Positions 49,364-57,718 of a stretch of 64,000 bases of DNA are shown here, piece after piece. The stretch comes from a virus (lineage: Duplodnaviria > Caudoviricetes). A program made the translations under genes and the position numbers. Within the stretch, counting starts at the first letter, position 1. Each line of letters starts with the position of its first letter. Where the stretch lies: the IMG/VR virus record IMGVR_UViG_3300042554_002381, positions 43,437 through 107,436 of that record; one strand, written 5' to 3'. The notes under the pieces are model-generated. The model worked only from the letters and a program-made list of their open reading frames with translations, ran no database searches and was not told the origin of the DNA.

Positions 49364-50119
49364 TTACTGCCAGTATATTTCAGGTTTTCCCAATGCGCGC
49401 AGGTTATTGTTGACTTTGTTGAATATATCTTCACAATTCCAATGTTGTTCTCGCTGGTAAGCAGCAGACGCAGGGTGAGAAGCATAGAGTTTAATGTGGT
49501 GATCTCCAATAAGATCACTATACTCTTGTGCTTTTTTGCCCAAAAACACCCATATTATGTCCTTTTTTTGGGTATTTAACATGTCAAACAAATACCCTAT
49601 TAAACTTTTCCACAATTCTAAGTGTTTACCAATTTTACCTATCTCTGTTGTCAGAGAGGTGTTCAACATAAGAATACCTTGCCTGGACCAATTGGATAGG
49701 TCTGGACTAAGCTCTTTGACAGTTATTTTACCTTGGTAAACAGTGTCAATTATTGCTCTTTGCATGTATCGCAAGGATGCTTCAGGTTTCATTGTATTGC
49801 TACAACTGAATGCAATGCCGTCTGCTACACCCATTTGTGGGTATGGATCTTGCCCTACGAAAACTACTTTAAGTTCTGCAATAGGACACTCTTGAAAAGC
49901 TCTAAAAACCTGTCTTAAAGGAGGTGTAAAACGTTTGTTATCAGCTACATACGTTTTTAAGGTTTTGATAATATTTTCAAAATCTTCTGATACCAAAAAA
50001 CCTTTAAGCAAGTTGTGCCAACCAGATGGTCTTAGCATTTCCTGCAGTTTGTCAATAACTTGCCCGTGGTCAAGTACTTGCTCATGGGTAAGTGTAGAAT
50101 TTGCAATTTTATTTTGCAT
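49364..50119 (-). CDS. ung: Uracil-DNA glycosylase (family 1)
   Basis: GQDPYP, GIAFS, LMLNTSLT and SHPAS. Likely start MQNKIAN. Confidence 0.92.
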   Translation of the reverse strand: MQNKIANSTLTHEQVLDHGQVIDKLQEMLRPSGWHNLLKGFLVSEDFENIIKTLKTYVADNKRFTPPLRQVFRAFQECPIAELKVVFVGQDPYPQMGVADGIAFSCSNTMKPEASLRYMQRAIIDTVYQGKITVKELSPDLSNWSRQGILMLNTSLTTEIGKIGKHLELWKSLIGYLFDMLNTQKKDIIWVFLGKKAQEYSDLIGDHHIKLYASHPASAAYQREQHWNCEDIFNKVNNNLRALGKPEIYWQ

Positions 50120-50174
50120 AATGTGTAGAACTTGTGTTTTTTGATTGTATTTTTGTAGACTATAATCAAATCCC

Positions 50175-50501
50175 ATGGAAAACCAAAACAGTACATCTAG
50201 CACAGGTTCTGTAATGATTGATGTCATTAAACCTGAAACTCTGGTCAGTATCTCAATGAGTTCTGGCTATTATAGGAAAATTCAAAGCGCTCTTGCGTTC
50301 TTTATTTCTGGTAAATCAACAGAAGAACTTAATAGCGCACATCAACAAATTTCTTCCCAGGATATTACAGAAGAGTGGGTAAGTCACTATGAAACACTGT
50401 TAATCTTGGCAAAAGAATTTGAAGATGTTGCTAGAAAAGAAGGGTTCATTGTGCAAGTCACACAAGAGAAGGCAGCAGAAATGCTGAAAGAGTCTCTTTA
50501 A
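50175..50501 (+). CDS. Hypothetical protein, lone + strand gene
   Basis: 108-aa ORF preceded by a TATTTTTG -7 element (50148-50155). Confidence 0.65.
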   Translation: MENQNSTSSTGSVMIDVIKPETLVSISMSSGYYRKIQSALAFFISGKSTEELNSAHQQISSQDITEEWVSHYETLLILAKEFEDVARKEGFIVQVTQEKAAEMLKESL

Positions 50502-50890
50502 ACAAGGTGATGGCCAAGCAAATGACCTATTTCAATGCATGTGTCTATTGCTTTTGACAATTCATCCTTGCTGCAATCTGCAAAACTTTTGAGCTTCCAG
50601 TCCTGAGAGCGGGTCCCTGTAACAACATGGAGACCCGCTTTTCTTTTTACTTCATCTTTGATTTCATCAAAGGTGTGACCTGTAAATTCTGCAAGTTCTC
50701 TCATCATTGTGTGAATCCTTGCAAGTTGAGGTAGTGTTTTGTCATTTTTTGAAGCTAAAGACATGTACACTTCAATAGTGCTATTTTCTTTTAAAGCCAT
50801 ATTAAACTGTTTCAGCTTGCCCATTTCTCTTTCAGAGGCTGGAATAAGCTGCCCATTTTTTTTGACAAATGTAAGAGTAGTGCTATGCAT
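50498..50890 (-). CDS. NinB/YbcN-like protein
   Basis: TLPQLARIH...LAEFTGHTFDEIK...KSFADCSKDELS. Confidence 0.55.
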   Translation of the reverse strand: MHSTTLTFVKKNGQLIPASEREMGKLKQFNMALKENSTIEVYMSLASKNDKTLPQLARIHTMMRELAEFTGHTFDEIKDEVKRKAGLHVVTGTRSQDWKLKSFADCSKDELSKAIDTCIEIGHLLGHHLV

Positions 50891-50904
50891 CTGTTGATGT
50901 TAAT

Positions 50905-52014
50905 TTAAAACATAGGATCTATGTAGATTATTTTCTCAGAGTCTAAGTCTCTGAGCGCTTCACCCACCCACTCTGCGTCTATTGTGTCTTGATACATTAG
51001 GATGTGCACAGTAGCTTTTTTGTCAGGGCTTAAACGCAGAAGCCTGCCCAATCTCTGAGAACTTTTACGCTCATTGCTGTAAGCGTGCAGAATAATTCCT
51101 GCGCCCAGTTCTGGAATATTCACACCTTCGTTTAACTGCTGCACACAAGAAAGCTGCAATACTTTACCAGTTTTAAACATCTCAAGATTGGCTTCGCTAT
51201 CAGGGTTTTTGCTGTGATAAGAAAGTGTACACACACGGTCCGCTTGTTCTGTAGTGTTGCAAAACACCAGGCATTTTTCATGAATCATGTTCAGCAGCCT
51301 TATTGCATAACGTTCTTTTGATGAAAATTGCATGAGTGCTTGCATGCGCATGATGCGAAAGATTTTTTGCTGGGTGCTATTAGGGTTTGCACTTAAAATC
51401 CTGTCTGTCCAATACTGATAGTTGGCTTGCTCAGAAGTCATAAAATAACCACCTTTTTTAAGCTGTACGCGATGGTTCTTTACAGTGTCTAAAGGAATGG
51501 TGTGTACAACAATCCGATAGTCATTCAGGATCTTGTCCTCTACGGCATCATCAGTGATGTAAGTGTAAACGATAGGGCAGTACTTTGACACCATCTCACC
51601 CTTTTCTGATTTTTTGAAACGCGGTGGTGTGCCGGTCAGACCCAGGATCTTGCCTGGAAAAGTTGACAGATAAAAATCGTGAGTGTACAACATACTGTGA
51701 CACTCATCTAGGTAAACCACATCATAGTCCCTGGTCTTTTTGCTCAAAGACAGGTAAGTGGTAAATTCAATATGTTCCAGCAAGTGGCTGAGTCCAAACT
51801 TTTCAGCATCTTCTTTCCAGGACTCAAAGATGCTGACCTTTGGGGCTACGACCAGAAACTTTCTGTAGCCGTTAGCGTACTCCTGCTCCATGTGACGCAG
51901 CCCTATAAGAGTCTTTCCAACTCCCATACTTATAGCCAACCCAGAACGATACTTGTTGTGTATCGCTCTGAGGGCTTCTTGCTGAATCAACTCACGTTTG
52001 GTTAATTCAGTCAT
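50905..52014 (-). CDS. SF2 DExH helicase
   Basis: MGVGKT, DECH, GLTGT, EGVNIP and QRLGRLLR. Confidence 0.9.
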   Translation of the reverse strand: MTELTKRELIQQEALRAIHNKYRSGLAISMGVGKTLIGLRHMEQEYANGYRKFLVVAPKVSIFESWKEDAEKFGLSHLLEHIEFTTYLSLSKKTRDYDVVYLDECHSMLYTHDFYLSTFPGKILGLTGTPPRFKKSEKGEMVSKYCPIVYTYITDDAVEDKILNDYRIVVHTIPLDTVKNHRVQLKKGGYFMTSEQANYQYWTDRILSANPNSTQQKIFRIMRMQALMQFSSKERYAIRLLNMIHEKCLVFCNTTEQADRVCTLSYHSKNPDSEANLEMFKTGKVLQLSCVQQLNEGVNIPELGAGIILHAYSNERKSSQRLGRLLRLSPDKKATVHILMYQDTIDAEWVGEALRDLDSEKIIYIDPMF

Positions 52015-52026
52015 TATGATTTTGTA

Positions 52027-52344
52027 TTAGTTATCTTTTACTTTACGCGATTTTTGTGGCGCAGGTGTTCTGCGGACACCAGAGGTTTCTTCTGTTTTTA
52101 CTGGAGAAAGCTTTTGCATTTCTGTTACAGGTTTGTCAGAAACACTTGTTTGACTTTGTGCAGTCTTACCGCGTTCTTCCAAGATTCTGTCTTTGTCAAT
52201 CCAGTAGATACCTAACAGGGTTGAACAAAGAAATCTGCGTAGTGCAGAAGGTTTTTTTTCAGTCCATAATAACAGACCTTTTTCATCTTGTGCGTCTTGT
52301 TTAGTAGTTGCACCAATGATGTAGTAGCCAATGAATTTTTTCAT
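52027..52344 (-). CDS. Hypothetical protein
   Basis: Likely start MKKFIGYY. Confidence 0.55.
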   Translation of the reverse strand: MKKFIGYYIIGATTKQDAQDEKGLLLWTEKKPSALRRFLCSTLLGIYWIDKDRILEERGKTAQSQTSVSDKPVTEMQKLSPVKTEETSGVRRTPAPQKSRKVKDN

Positions 52345-52372
52345 AAAAAGTGTGAAGTGTTTTTTTTTAGGG

Positions 52373-52720
52373 TTAGAGTATAGACCAGTCTTCAGCAAGC
52401 ATATCTGTTTGAGATGCCAGCCAGCCGGTAAGAATTTTCTTGTCAGCAGTAAACATCCTGATGCTGCCAAGTGCCTCAAAAGTCTCTCCGCCTACCTGCT
52501 CTTCAATAACCTGGCGAAGTGCAGGGTCATGAATGGCTTTTGTGGGGACAGTTCCTGCGGGAAGCAAAAACAAAAACATGTTCTTGCCATTCCAGCCACT
52601 GCGTGCAACGCGATGTCCTTGCTTGAGCGCCTCAAGGGCTTCTCCAAAAGTGCCTTTGCCAAGGTGAAGTAGACCTAAAAGTCCAAAACCAAAAGGTCCA
52701 GATGATTCTGATTGTTCCAT
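52373..52720 (-). CDS. tad2: DUF2829 / Thoeris anti-defence Tad2-like protein
   Basis: FGEALEALKQGHRVARSGWNGKNMFL...GWLASQTDMLAEDW signature. Confidence 0.8.
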   Translation of the reverse strand: MEQSESSGPFGFGLLGLLHLGKGTFGEALEALKQGHRVARSGWNGKNMFLFLLPAGTVPTKAIHDPALRQVIEEQVGGETFEALGSIRMFTADKKILTGWLASQTDMLAEDWSIL

Positions 52721-52728
52721 TACGTTTT

Positions 52729-52905
52729 TTAAGATTTTGACTTAGAGTAGATAGACCATACAATAGCAATAGAGGCTAATACTGCACCTGTCAGTTCCTG
52801 CACCTGATCATCAGAAGCCCACCCATTAGTGGCCAAAATAGCACCAAATGCAGAAAAAAGGTGTCTAACTACACCAAGCCATTGTTCAAGAGTTAAGTTT
52901 TTCAT
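52729..52905 (-). CDS. Small two-TM holin-like membrane protein (58 aa), not in the ORF track
   Basis: MKNLTLEQWLGVVRHLFSAFGAILATNGWASDDQVQELTGAVLASIAIVWSIYSKSKS. Confidence 0.65.
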   Translation of the reverse strand: MKNLTLEQWLGVVRHLFSAFGAILATNGWASDDQVQELTGAVLASIAIVWSIYSKSKS

Positions 52906-52925
52906 AAGGTTATTGTTTAATAGGG

Positions 52926-53342
52926 TTAAACTCTGGATTCTGTGAGAAACATTTCTTTAGCGTCAGCGGGGTGTTCCTCTACCCACCGGTGACAGCTTAA
53001 ACATAAAGGGATCCAGGTAGTACTATCAAGATAGTACTTACCGCGACCGCGCGTATGATGTATTGTCAAGTCTTGTCCTGTATGATGCGTGCAGACATGC
53101 AGCTTAGCTCTACAGGTACTGTTCTCTGGCTGATCCAGGAACTGCTTTCTAAGTTTGGAGTACAGCTGATCCAGCGGTTTGCGTTTGTCAGAAACAGGCT
53201 TGATCAGTTTTGATGTAACTGGCTTTGTAGTAGGGGTTTTCTTCATCCAGCAATCTTTGCAGAACTTCTGTCCTTCAAAGTTTTTCCAGATGAGTCTATC
53301 CTCCCCACAGCCTGCGCAAAGCTTGAGTTTTGCTTTAATCAT
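52926..53342 (-). CDS. Zn-finger HNH nuclease (NinG-like)
   Basis: CAGC..CKDC and IHHTRGRG...LCLSCHRWV. Confidence 0.7.
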   Translation of the reverse strand: MIKAKLKLCAGCGEDRLIWKNFEGQKFCKDCWMKKTPTTKPVTSKLIKPVSDKRKPLDQLYSKLRKQFLDQPENSTCRAKLHVCTHHTGQDLTIHHTRGRGKYYLDSTTWIPLCLSCHRWVEEHPADAKEMFLTESRV

Positions 53343-53369
53343 GACATGTGCGCTTACGTGAGCGGCTTC

Positions 53370-53666
53370 TTAAATATCATCAGGTCCTGTATAATCAATA
53401 TCATCAAGCTTTTCCTCAGATGGAATGTCTGTGAGTTCTTTTATGCCAAGCTCTTCTTCAAGGCTTGGTTCTTCAAGAAAATCAAAGTCATCATAATCAG
53501 CTTTTTCGTTACTTGGACCATGTCTAAGGACACTTAAGGCAAAAGGATCGTTAACCTCTTCACCAATGTTGTATGCCATAAACATATTAAGTTCATCATC
53601 GCTCATACTGAGGTATTGCTCTAGTGAAATCTCTATACACTTTCCGTTAGGTAGTTGATATAGCAT
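53370..53666 (-). CDS. Acidic hypothetical protein
   Basis: Likely start MLYQLPNGK, with a TATATTTG -7 element at 53724-53731 (minus). Confidence 0.65.
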   Translation of the reverse strand: MLYQLPNGKCIEISLEQYLSMSDDELNMFMAYNIGEEVNDPFALSVLRHGPSNEKADYDDFDFLEEPSLEEELGIKELTDIPSEEKLDDIDYTGPDDI

Positions 53667-53785
53667 TTTAAGTAGGCAAGTAGTTGCCACTAAAATACTA
53701 CATGTTATAGAGATGCACCTCTGCAAATATACATATTGTAGAAGTATTTTGCACTATATTGCTATGATTTTTCTTCTTTTGAAAG

Positions 53786-53816
53786 AAAAAACCCAGAGCT
53801 GTAAACCCTGGGTTTT
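53786..53816 (-). terminator. Intrinsic terminator
   Basis: AAAACCCAG...CTGGGTTTT hairpin downstream of the HTH gene. Confidence 0.6.
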
Positions 53817-53837
53817 GCAAAAAATTAACAAAATCTT

Positions 53838-54194
53838 TCAGAACCTGACTTGTAGATTGTTTTTGTCTACGCTTACAGATTTGGCTTTTGAAGATATATA
53901 AAATACTACATTGTTGATTTCTATTTTCATATAGTCATCATGCAGCTGACCATTATGAGATGGCTCAGTTATCTTCTCAATAATTGATTCTGCAGGAGAT
54001 GGCGGTATGTTAGAAGGACGTTTACCTCTTACATCTGGTATAACCAACCCTCTTTGCTTAAGCATGCGTTTGTAGTTATGAACGCTGCTCACTGCAATGC
54101 TAAAATGCTTGGAAATGTCTTCAGGAGTTTTACCCTCCATTACCAGTTTTTCCAATTCTTGCTGGTGCTTTGAATCCAGCTTTTTCCTTGCCAT
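53838..54194 (-). CDS. Helix-turn-helix DNA-binding protein (possible repressor/RDF)
   Basis: GKTPEDISKHFSIAVSSVHNY HTH; cotranscribed downstream of the integrase. Confidence 0.65.
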   Translation of the reverse strand: MARKKLDSKHQQELEKLVMEGKTPEDISKHFSIAVSSVHNYKRMLKQRGLVIPDVRGKRPSNIPPSPAESIIEKITEPSHNGQLHDDYMKIEINNVVFYISSKAKSVSVDKNNLQVRF

Positions 54195-54213
54195 TTGGTA
54201 TGATTTTGAGTTA

Positions 54214-55389
54214 TTAATTAGTGTTTGAGTTCTGCAAATTAGTAAAATTTATTGACAATTGCTCTGCATTAAACACTTTGTTAAGTTGTAGGTTGTTACT
54301 ATTACAATGTTTTAAGACACTACGGGTTTGTAATCTAGCATAATGCTCTGTTTGCTTTATTGAAGCATGACCAAGTAGAGTTTGCACTACTTCTATAGGT
54401 ATGCCATTGTTCAAATTAACTGTGGTGGCAAAAGTATGCCTAGCAACATGGGTAGTTAAATTTTTGGTAATTTGACATAGGTCAGCGATCTCTTTTAAGT
54501 AGCCATTCATCTTTTGATTTGAAACTTTAGGTAGAGAGTTGCCGTATTTTTCTAATATTTTCATTGCAATGTCATAAACATAGATCACAGCAGGTTCTGT
54601 GCTTTTTTTTCTATAAATTCTGACATAGTTGTTCTGAACATTTTCAGGTCTAAACAGCATCATATCTGCATAAGATAATCCTGTAAAACACTGAAATAAA
54701 AACAAATCTCTAACCTTATTCAGTCTGTCAACAAGAAACTTTTTACGCATTATTCTCTGCAACTCTGACTCTTCTAGAAAAACAGGTGTGTGTTTTTTCT
54801 TACCAAGTTTTATGCTATCAAAAGGGTTTTTTAACAAGTAACCTTTAACATTTACAGCATGTGTCATAATGCACTTGAAATAGGATAAATGCCTCATGGT
54901 AGAATTATGAGCATTAAACTGATGTAAAAAGTTTTGAAAATCATCAATAAACTCTCTGTTTACAGAAAGAATATTTACATCATCAGTTTGTCTTGCATTC
55001 AGAAAGTCTTTAAGCTGGTTCAAGGTAACCTGGTACTTTTGAACTGTTGACTGCAAAATGATACCTTTCTCAAACTTTGGAAAAATTTTAAGGTTCATGT
55101 ATTCTTGATAAGTTTCAATAAGATACCTGGTTTTGTGCTTTGACTGATAAATGCTTTTGATCGTTGCAGGATCTGCGGGTTCTTTTACAACAAGTCTTTC
55201 ATTAAAGATTTCAGAAAGCTCTTTGAAAACATTGCTTCTGTAAGCCTCTACCTTTTTACTGTTGCTGTTTACAATAAAATCCAGCTTAATTTCTGTTGAC
55301 TGTCCTGCATGACTCAGTCTGACATACAGGTTTTGCTTTTTTGACCCTGATTTACGCGTGAAAAAGTTGATAACCATATGCTTACACAT
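54214..55389 (-). CDS. int: Tyrosine recombinase / integrase (Bacteroidota type)
   Basis: N-terminal arm-binding region (LYVRLS), TGLSYAD, HVARHTFAT, LGH and TEHYAR. Confidence 0.92.
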   Translation of the reverse strand: MCKHMVINFFTRKSGSKKQNLYVRLSHAGQSTEIKLDFIVNSNSKKVEAYRSNVFKELSEIFNERLVVKEPADPATIKSIYQSKHKTRYLIETYQEYMNLKIFPKFEKGIILQSTVQKYQVTLNQLKDFLNARQTDDVNILSVNREFIDDFQNFLHQFNAHNSTMRHLSYFKCIMTHAVNVKGYLLKNPFDSIKLGKKKHTPVFLEESELQRIMRKKFLVDRLNKVRDLFLFQCFTGLSYADMMLFRPENVQNNYVRIYRKKSTEPAVIYVYDIAMKILEKYGNSLPKVSNQKMNGYLKEIADLCQITKNLTTHVARHTFATTVNLNNGIPIEVVQTLLGHASIKQTEHYARLQTRSVLKHCNSNNLQLNKVFNAEQLSINFTNLQNSNTN

Positions 55390-55484
55390 TTATTTTTGAT
55401 ATCAACTGTGAGTGGTTTTTCACAAATACAAACAGCTCACGATAACGCTCAAAAAATCAGTGCAAACCATGCTGGTTACAAAAG

Positions 55485-55520
55485 AAAAAAGTGTTGATAA
55501 CCAACAAGTTACAACACTTT
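55485..55520 (-). terminator. Hairpin downstream of the tRNA 3' fragment
   Basis: AAAGTGTTG...CAACACTTT followed by a T tract on the minus strand. Confidence 0.5.
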
Positions 55521-55531
55521 ACACTGGCGAA

Positions 55532-55558
55532 GGCGGAGAGAGAGGGATTCGAACCCCC
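55532..55558 (-). mobile_element. attP core: 3' end of a tRNA (Ser-like), not a full tRNA
   Basis: The minus strand reads GGGGGTTCGAATCCCTCTCTCTCCGCC (T arm plus acceptor 3' strand), about 140 nt upstream of the integrase. No D or anticodon arm is present upstream. Confidence 0.8.
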
Positions 55559-55651
55559 TGTACAATCCTTTACTGTAAAGCGTTGTAGAGTGTTTGCACA
55601 AAATCACTCACAATGCTTCACAAAGATATAAGAAATTTAAACTTCCAAGAG

Positions 55652-56020
55652 TTAAATGTCAGCTTTAGTCAAAAAACTTATAACAAATTCTTCAAATGAC
55701 ATTTTAAGTGTAGAGTGCTTCTCAGTAGCTGATTGCAGTAGTATTTTGTAATTTACTGTGTCAAGTGTGATAAGTAAATTTACATCTGCATATAGTTGGG
55801 TACCTATACCAAAACCAAGATCAGTATTCCAGCACTCAACTGGCACCATTCTGCAAAAGACCATTTTGGCAAGATAATCAGGGTCATTCCAGCGTTGACG
55901 CATTGAAAGCACACTGTGTACATCATTAACTAAAGAACCAGCACCGCTGTGTGTGTACAGATAAACTCGACCATAGGGTCCTATAATTTCTACTTGACCA
56001 CTGTCTTTGTTGATGTTCAT
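55652..56020 (-). CDS. Hypothetical protein
   Basis: VYLYTHSG...RWNDPDYLAKMVFC...GFGI phage-type pattern. Confidence 0.7.
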   Translation of the reverse strand: MNINKDSGQVEIIGPYGRVYLYTHSGAGSLVNDVHSVLSMRQRWNDPDYLAKMVFCRMVPVECWNTDLGFGIGTQLYADVNLLITLDTVNYKILLQSATEKHSTLKMSFEEFVISFLTKADI

Positions 56021-56041
56021 GTCACAAACTTTTTAAATATT

Positions 56042-56080
56042 TGTGACAAAAGAGCCTTAGTTAAAAAGCTCTCTTGTCAC
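56042..56080 (-). terminator. Hairpin downstream of dUTPase
   Basis: GTGACAAAAGAGC...GCTCTCTTGTCAC. Confidence 0.45.
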
Positions 56081-56092
56081 CAAATACTGTTG

Positions 56093-56512
56093 TTAGTTTC
56101 CTGTAGAACCAAATCCTCCAACTGATCTTTCTGTATCAGAAAGAGTATCTGTTTCTTCAAATTCTACTTGAGGGTAAGGAATAATCATTAACTGCATGAT
56201 CCTGTCACCAACTTGGTAGTGATTCTTATCCATACCTCTCCAGTTAAAGGTAGCCATAATCTCACCGCGATATCCTGAGTCAATCACCCCTACTGAGTTG
56301 CTTAGTGAAAGGTTTTTGTTGCGTACAGAACTGCGTGGAAAGATAAGTCCTACATACCCTTCAGGGATTTCAACAGCAAGACCAGTTCTGTAGTGCACCT
56401 GTTCTTGTTGTATATCAATTGCAATTGCTTGCAAATCCATGCCAGCGTCCCCAGGTTTTGCATAGCTGGGTATCACAGCATTAGGATGTAGTTTTTTGAT
56501 TCTGATTTTCAT
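56093..56512 (-). CDS. dut: Trimeric dUTPase
   Basis: AGMDL, PRSS, GVIDSGYRGEI, GDRIMQ and RSVGGFGSTG. Confidence 0.95.
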   Translation of the reverse strand: MKIRIKKLHPNAVIPSYAKPGDAGMDLQAIAIDIQQEQVHYRTGLAVEIPEGYVGLIFPRSSVRNKNLSLSNSVGVIDSGYRGEIMATFNWRGMDKNHYQVGDRIMQLMIIPYPQVEFEETDTLSDTERSVGGFGSTGN

Positions 56513-56672
56513 TTCTATTATTTATTTCAAGTTGTACAACATGTTTTTTTTCAACAGCTATTTCTTTACTTTCTATTCCAAAATCAGAACACCAACACAT
56601 GTTTGAATATTCTTGGTGTAACTGTGTAATGCTTAATTTTTTAAGCCATTCAGTGTATTGAACATTATTCAT
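56481..56672 (-). CDS. Hypothetical protein
   Basis: 63-aa ORF preceded by TATATTTG (minus, about 56692-56699). Confidence 0.5.
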   Translation of the reverse strand: MNNVQYTEWLKKLSITQLHQEYSNMCWCSDFGIESKEIAVEKKHVVQLEINNRNENQNQKTTS

Positions 56673-56722
56673 TAGGTGCAGTAAAGTTCTACAAATATAG
56701 TAAAAGTCTACAAAATAAACAA

Positions 56723-56752
56723 ACTGAAAAGAGAGTCACCCCTCCTTTCAGT
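56723..56752 (-). terminator. Hairpin terminator
   Basis: ACTGAAA...TTTCAGT stem downstream of the 56768 gene. Confidence 0.5.
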
Positions 56753-56767
56753 GCTTATTCATGTGTT

Positions 56768-57019
56768 TTAGTCAAAAATCCTTGAGATAGAGTTGTCAAA
56801 AGGGTTAAACTCTACCTGGTTGGTCTTGTAATAGACACCAGTTGACAAACGAATAGTGCCATGTTCCTCATGAGTAACAAGCGCAAACTCATCTTTGATC
56901 TCAAACTTGATCGTTTCTTCACCCATTTCTGAAAAACTGATCTTAGAAGCAGCAATTACTGCATGTGTATTGGCGCCCTCACCTGTGGCAAGAACAAGCC
57001 GGTCATGTGTTTTGCTCAT
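56768..57019 (-). CDS. Small His-motif protein (usual partner of DUF6745)
   Basis: LATGEGANTHAV...THEEHGTI..GVY...EFNP. Confidence 0.7.
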   Translation of the reverse strand: MSKTHDRLVLATGEGANTHAVIAASKISFSEMGEETIKFEIKDEFALVTHEEHGTIRLSTGVYYKTNQVEFNPFDNSISRIFD

Positions 57020-57020
57020 T

Positions 57021-57716
57021 TTAGCTTTGTGATTTTAACAATTTCAGGTAGTCTTCTTTTTCAAGATGATGCAGATGACATTCTTCAGAGTTCTCAGAAG
57101 CCTTGGCAATAATGATATCACCTTGCCTTACAATGTATTCTGGATTTGTAATGTTGATCCTAAAAGTCCAGGCAATAGCCTTAATAGCATCATTGTTTTC
57201 ACCAATCCACCTTGGAACATAGATCCAATACTCACGTCCTGTGGTAGTACACCAACAACGCACCGCGTAAGCATCTGCGTTAGAGCGATGCCAGCGATCT
57301 TTTTCTTCAGGAAAAAGTTTATCACCAGGGATTTTGTACAGTTGATACTTGTCCTGAACAGTTTCAACATAAGGATTGCCGTTGATATCTGTAAGATGAT
57401 TTTGAAACTCAATCACTTGTTCGTTTACAAGTTCTGGCTCAAGTTCTTGAAACACTTTTTCAATACCCAGTGCTTTAAAGAAAAGCCTGCGCATCTCAAG
57501 ATTTGTCTGAGACATTGCTATTGCCACTGTTGCAGGAAGAATGCTGTCCCACTCTTTGGCACAATGCTCGCCAAAAGCTTTAAGAGGTTCTTGTGTAATT
57601 ACTTCTTTTTCAAAGTCGCTGAAGTTTGGGTATGCCGTTTTCCAATATATCAGAGCGTTCTCATAAGACACACCTGTGTGTCCTTCTACATGGTAAGTTA
57701 ATTTTTCAAAGTTCAT
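57021..57716 (-). CDS. DUF6745-like protein
   Basis: NLEMRR...VRCWCTTTGREYWIYVP...AIAWTF, then RQGD. Confidence 0.65.
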   Translation of the reverse strand: MNFEKLTYHVEGHTGVSYENALIYWKTAYPNFSDFEKEVITQEPLKAFGEHCAKEWDSILPATVAIAMSQTNLEMRRLFFKALGIEKVFQELEPELVNEQVIEFQNHLTDINGNPYVETVQDKYQLYKIPGDKLFPEEKDRWHRSNADAYAVRCWCTTTGREYWIYVPRWIGENNDAIKAIAWTFRINITNPEYIVRQGDIIIAKASENSEECHLHHLEKEDYLKLLKSQS

Positions 57717-57718
57717 AG

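Larger units (their letters stand above)
55407..55612. repeat. Imperfect 23-bp inverted repeat flanking the att core (55407-55429 / 55590-55612)
   Basis: TGTGAGTGGTTTTTCACAAATAC versus reverse complement TGTGAGTGATTTTGTGCAAACAC (18/23 identical). Candidate arm-type sites. Confidence 0.55.

Noticed and set aside
54660-54700. Integrase inactivated because the first catalytic Arg appears as Ser (TGLSYAD)
   Set aside because: This variant is common in Bacteroidota tyrosine integrases, and the other catalytic residues are intact.
55525-55620. Complete tRNA gene
   Set aside because: Only the T arm and 3' acceptor strand are present, and the upstream sequence does not form D or anticodon arms. Treated as an att core.
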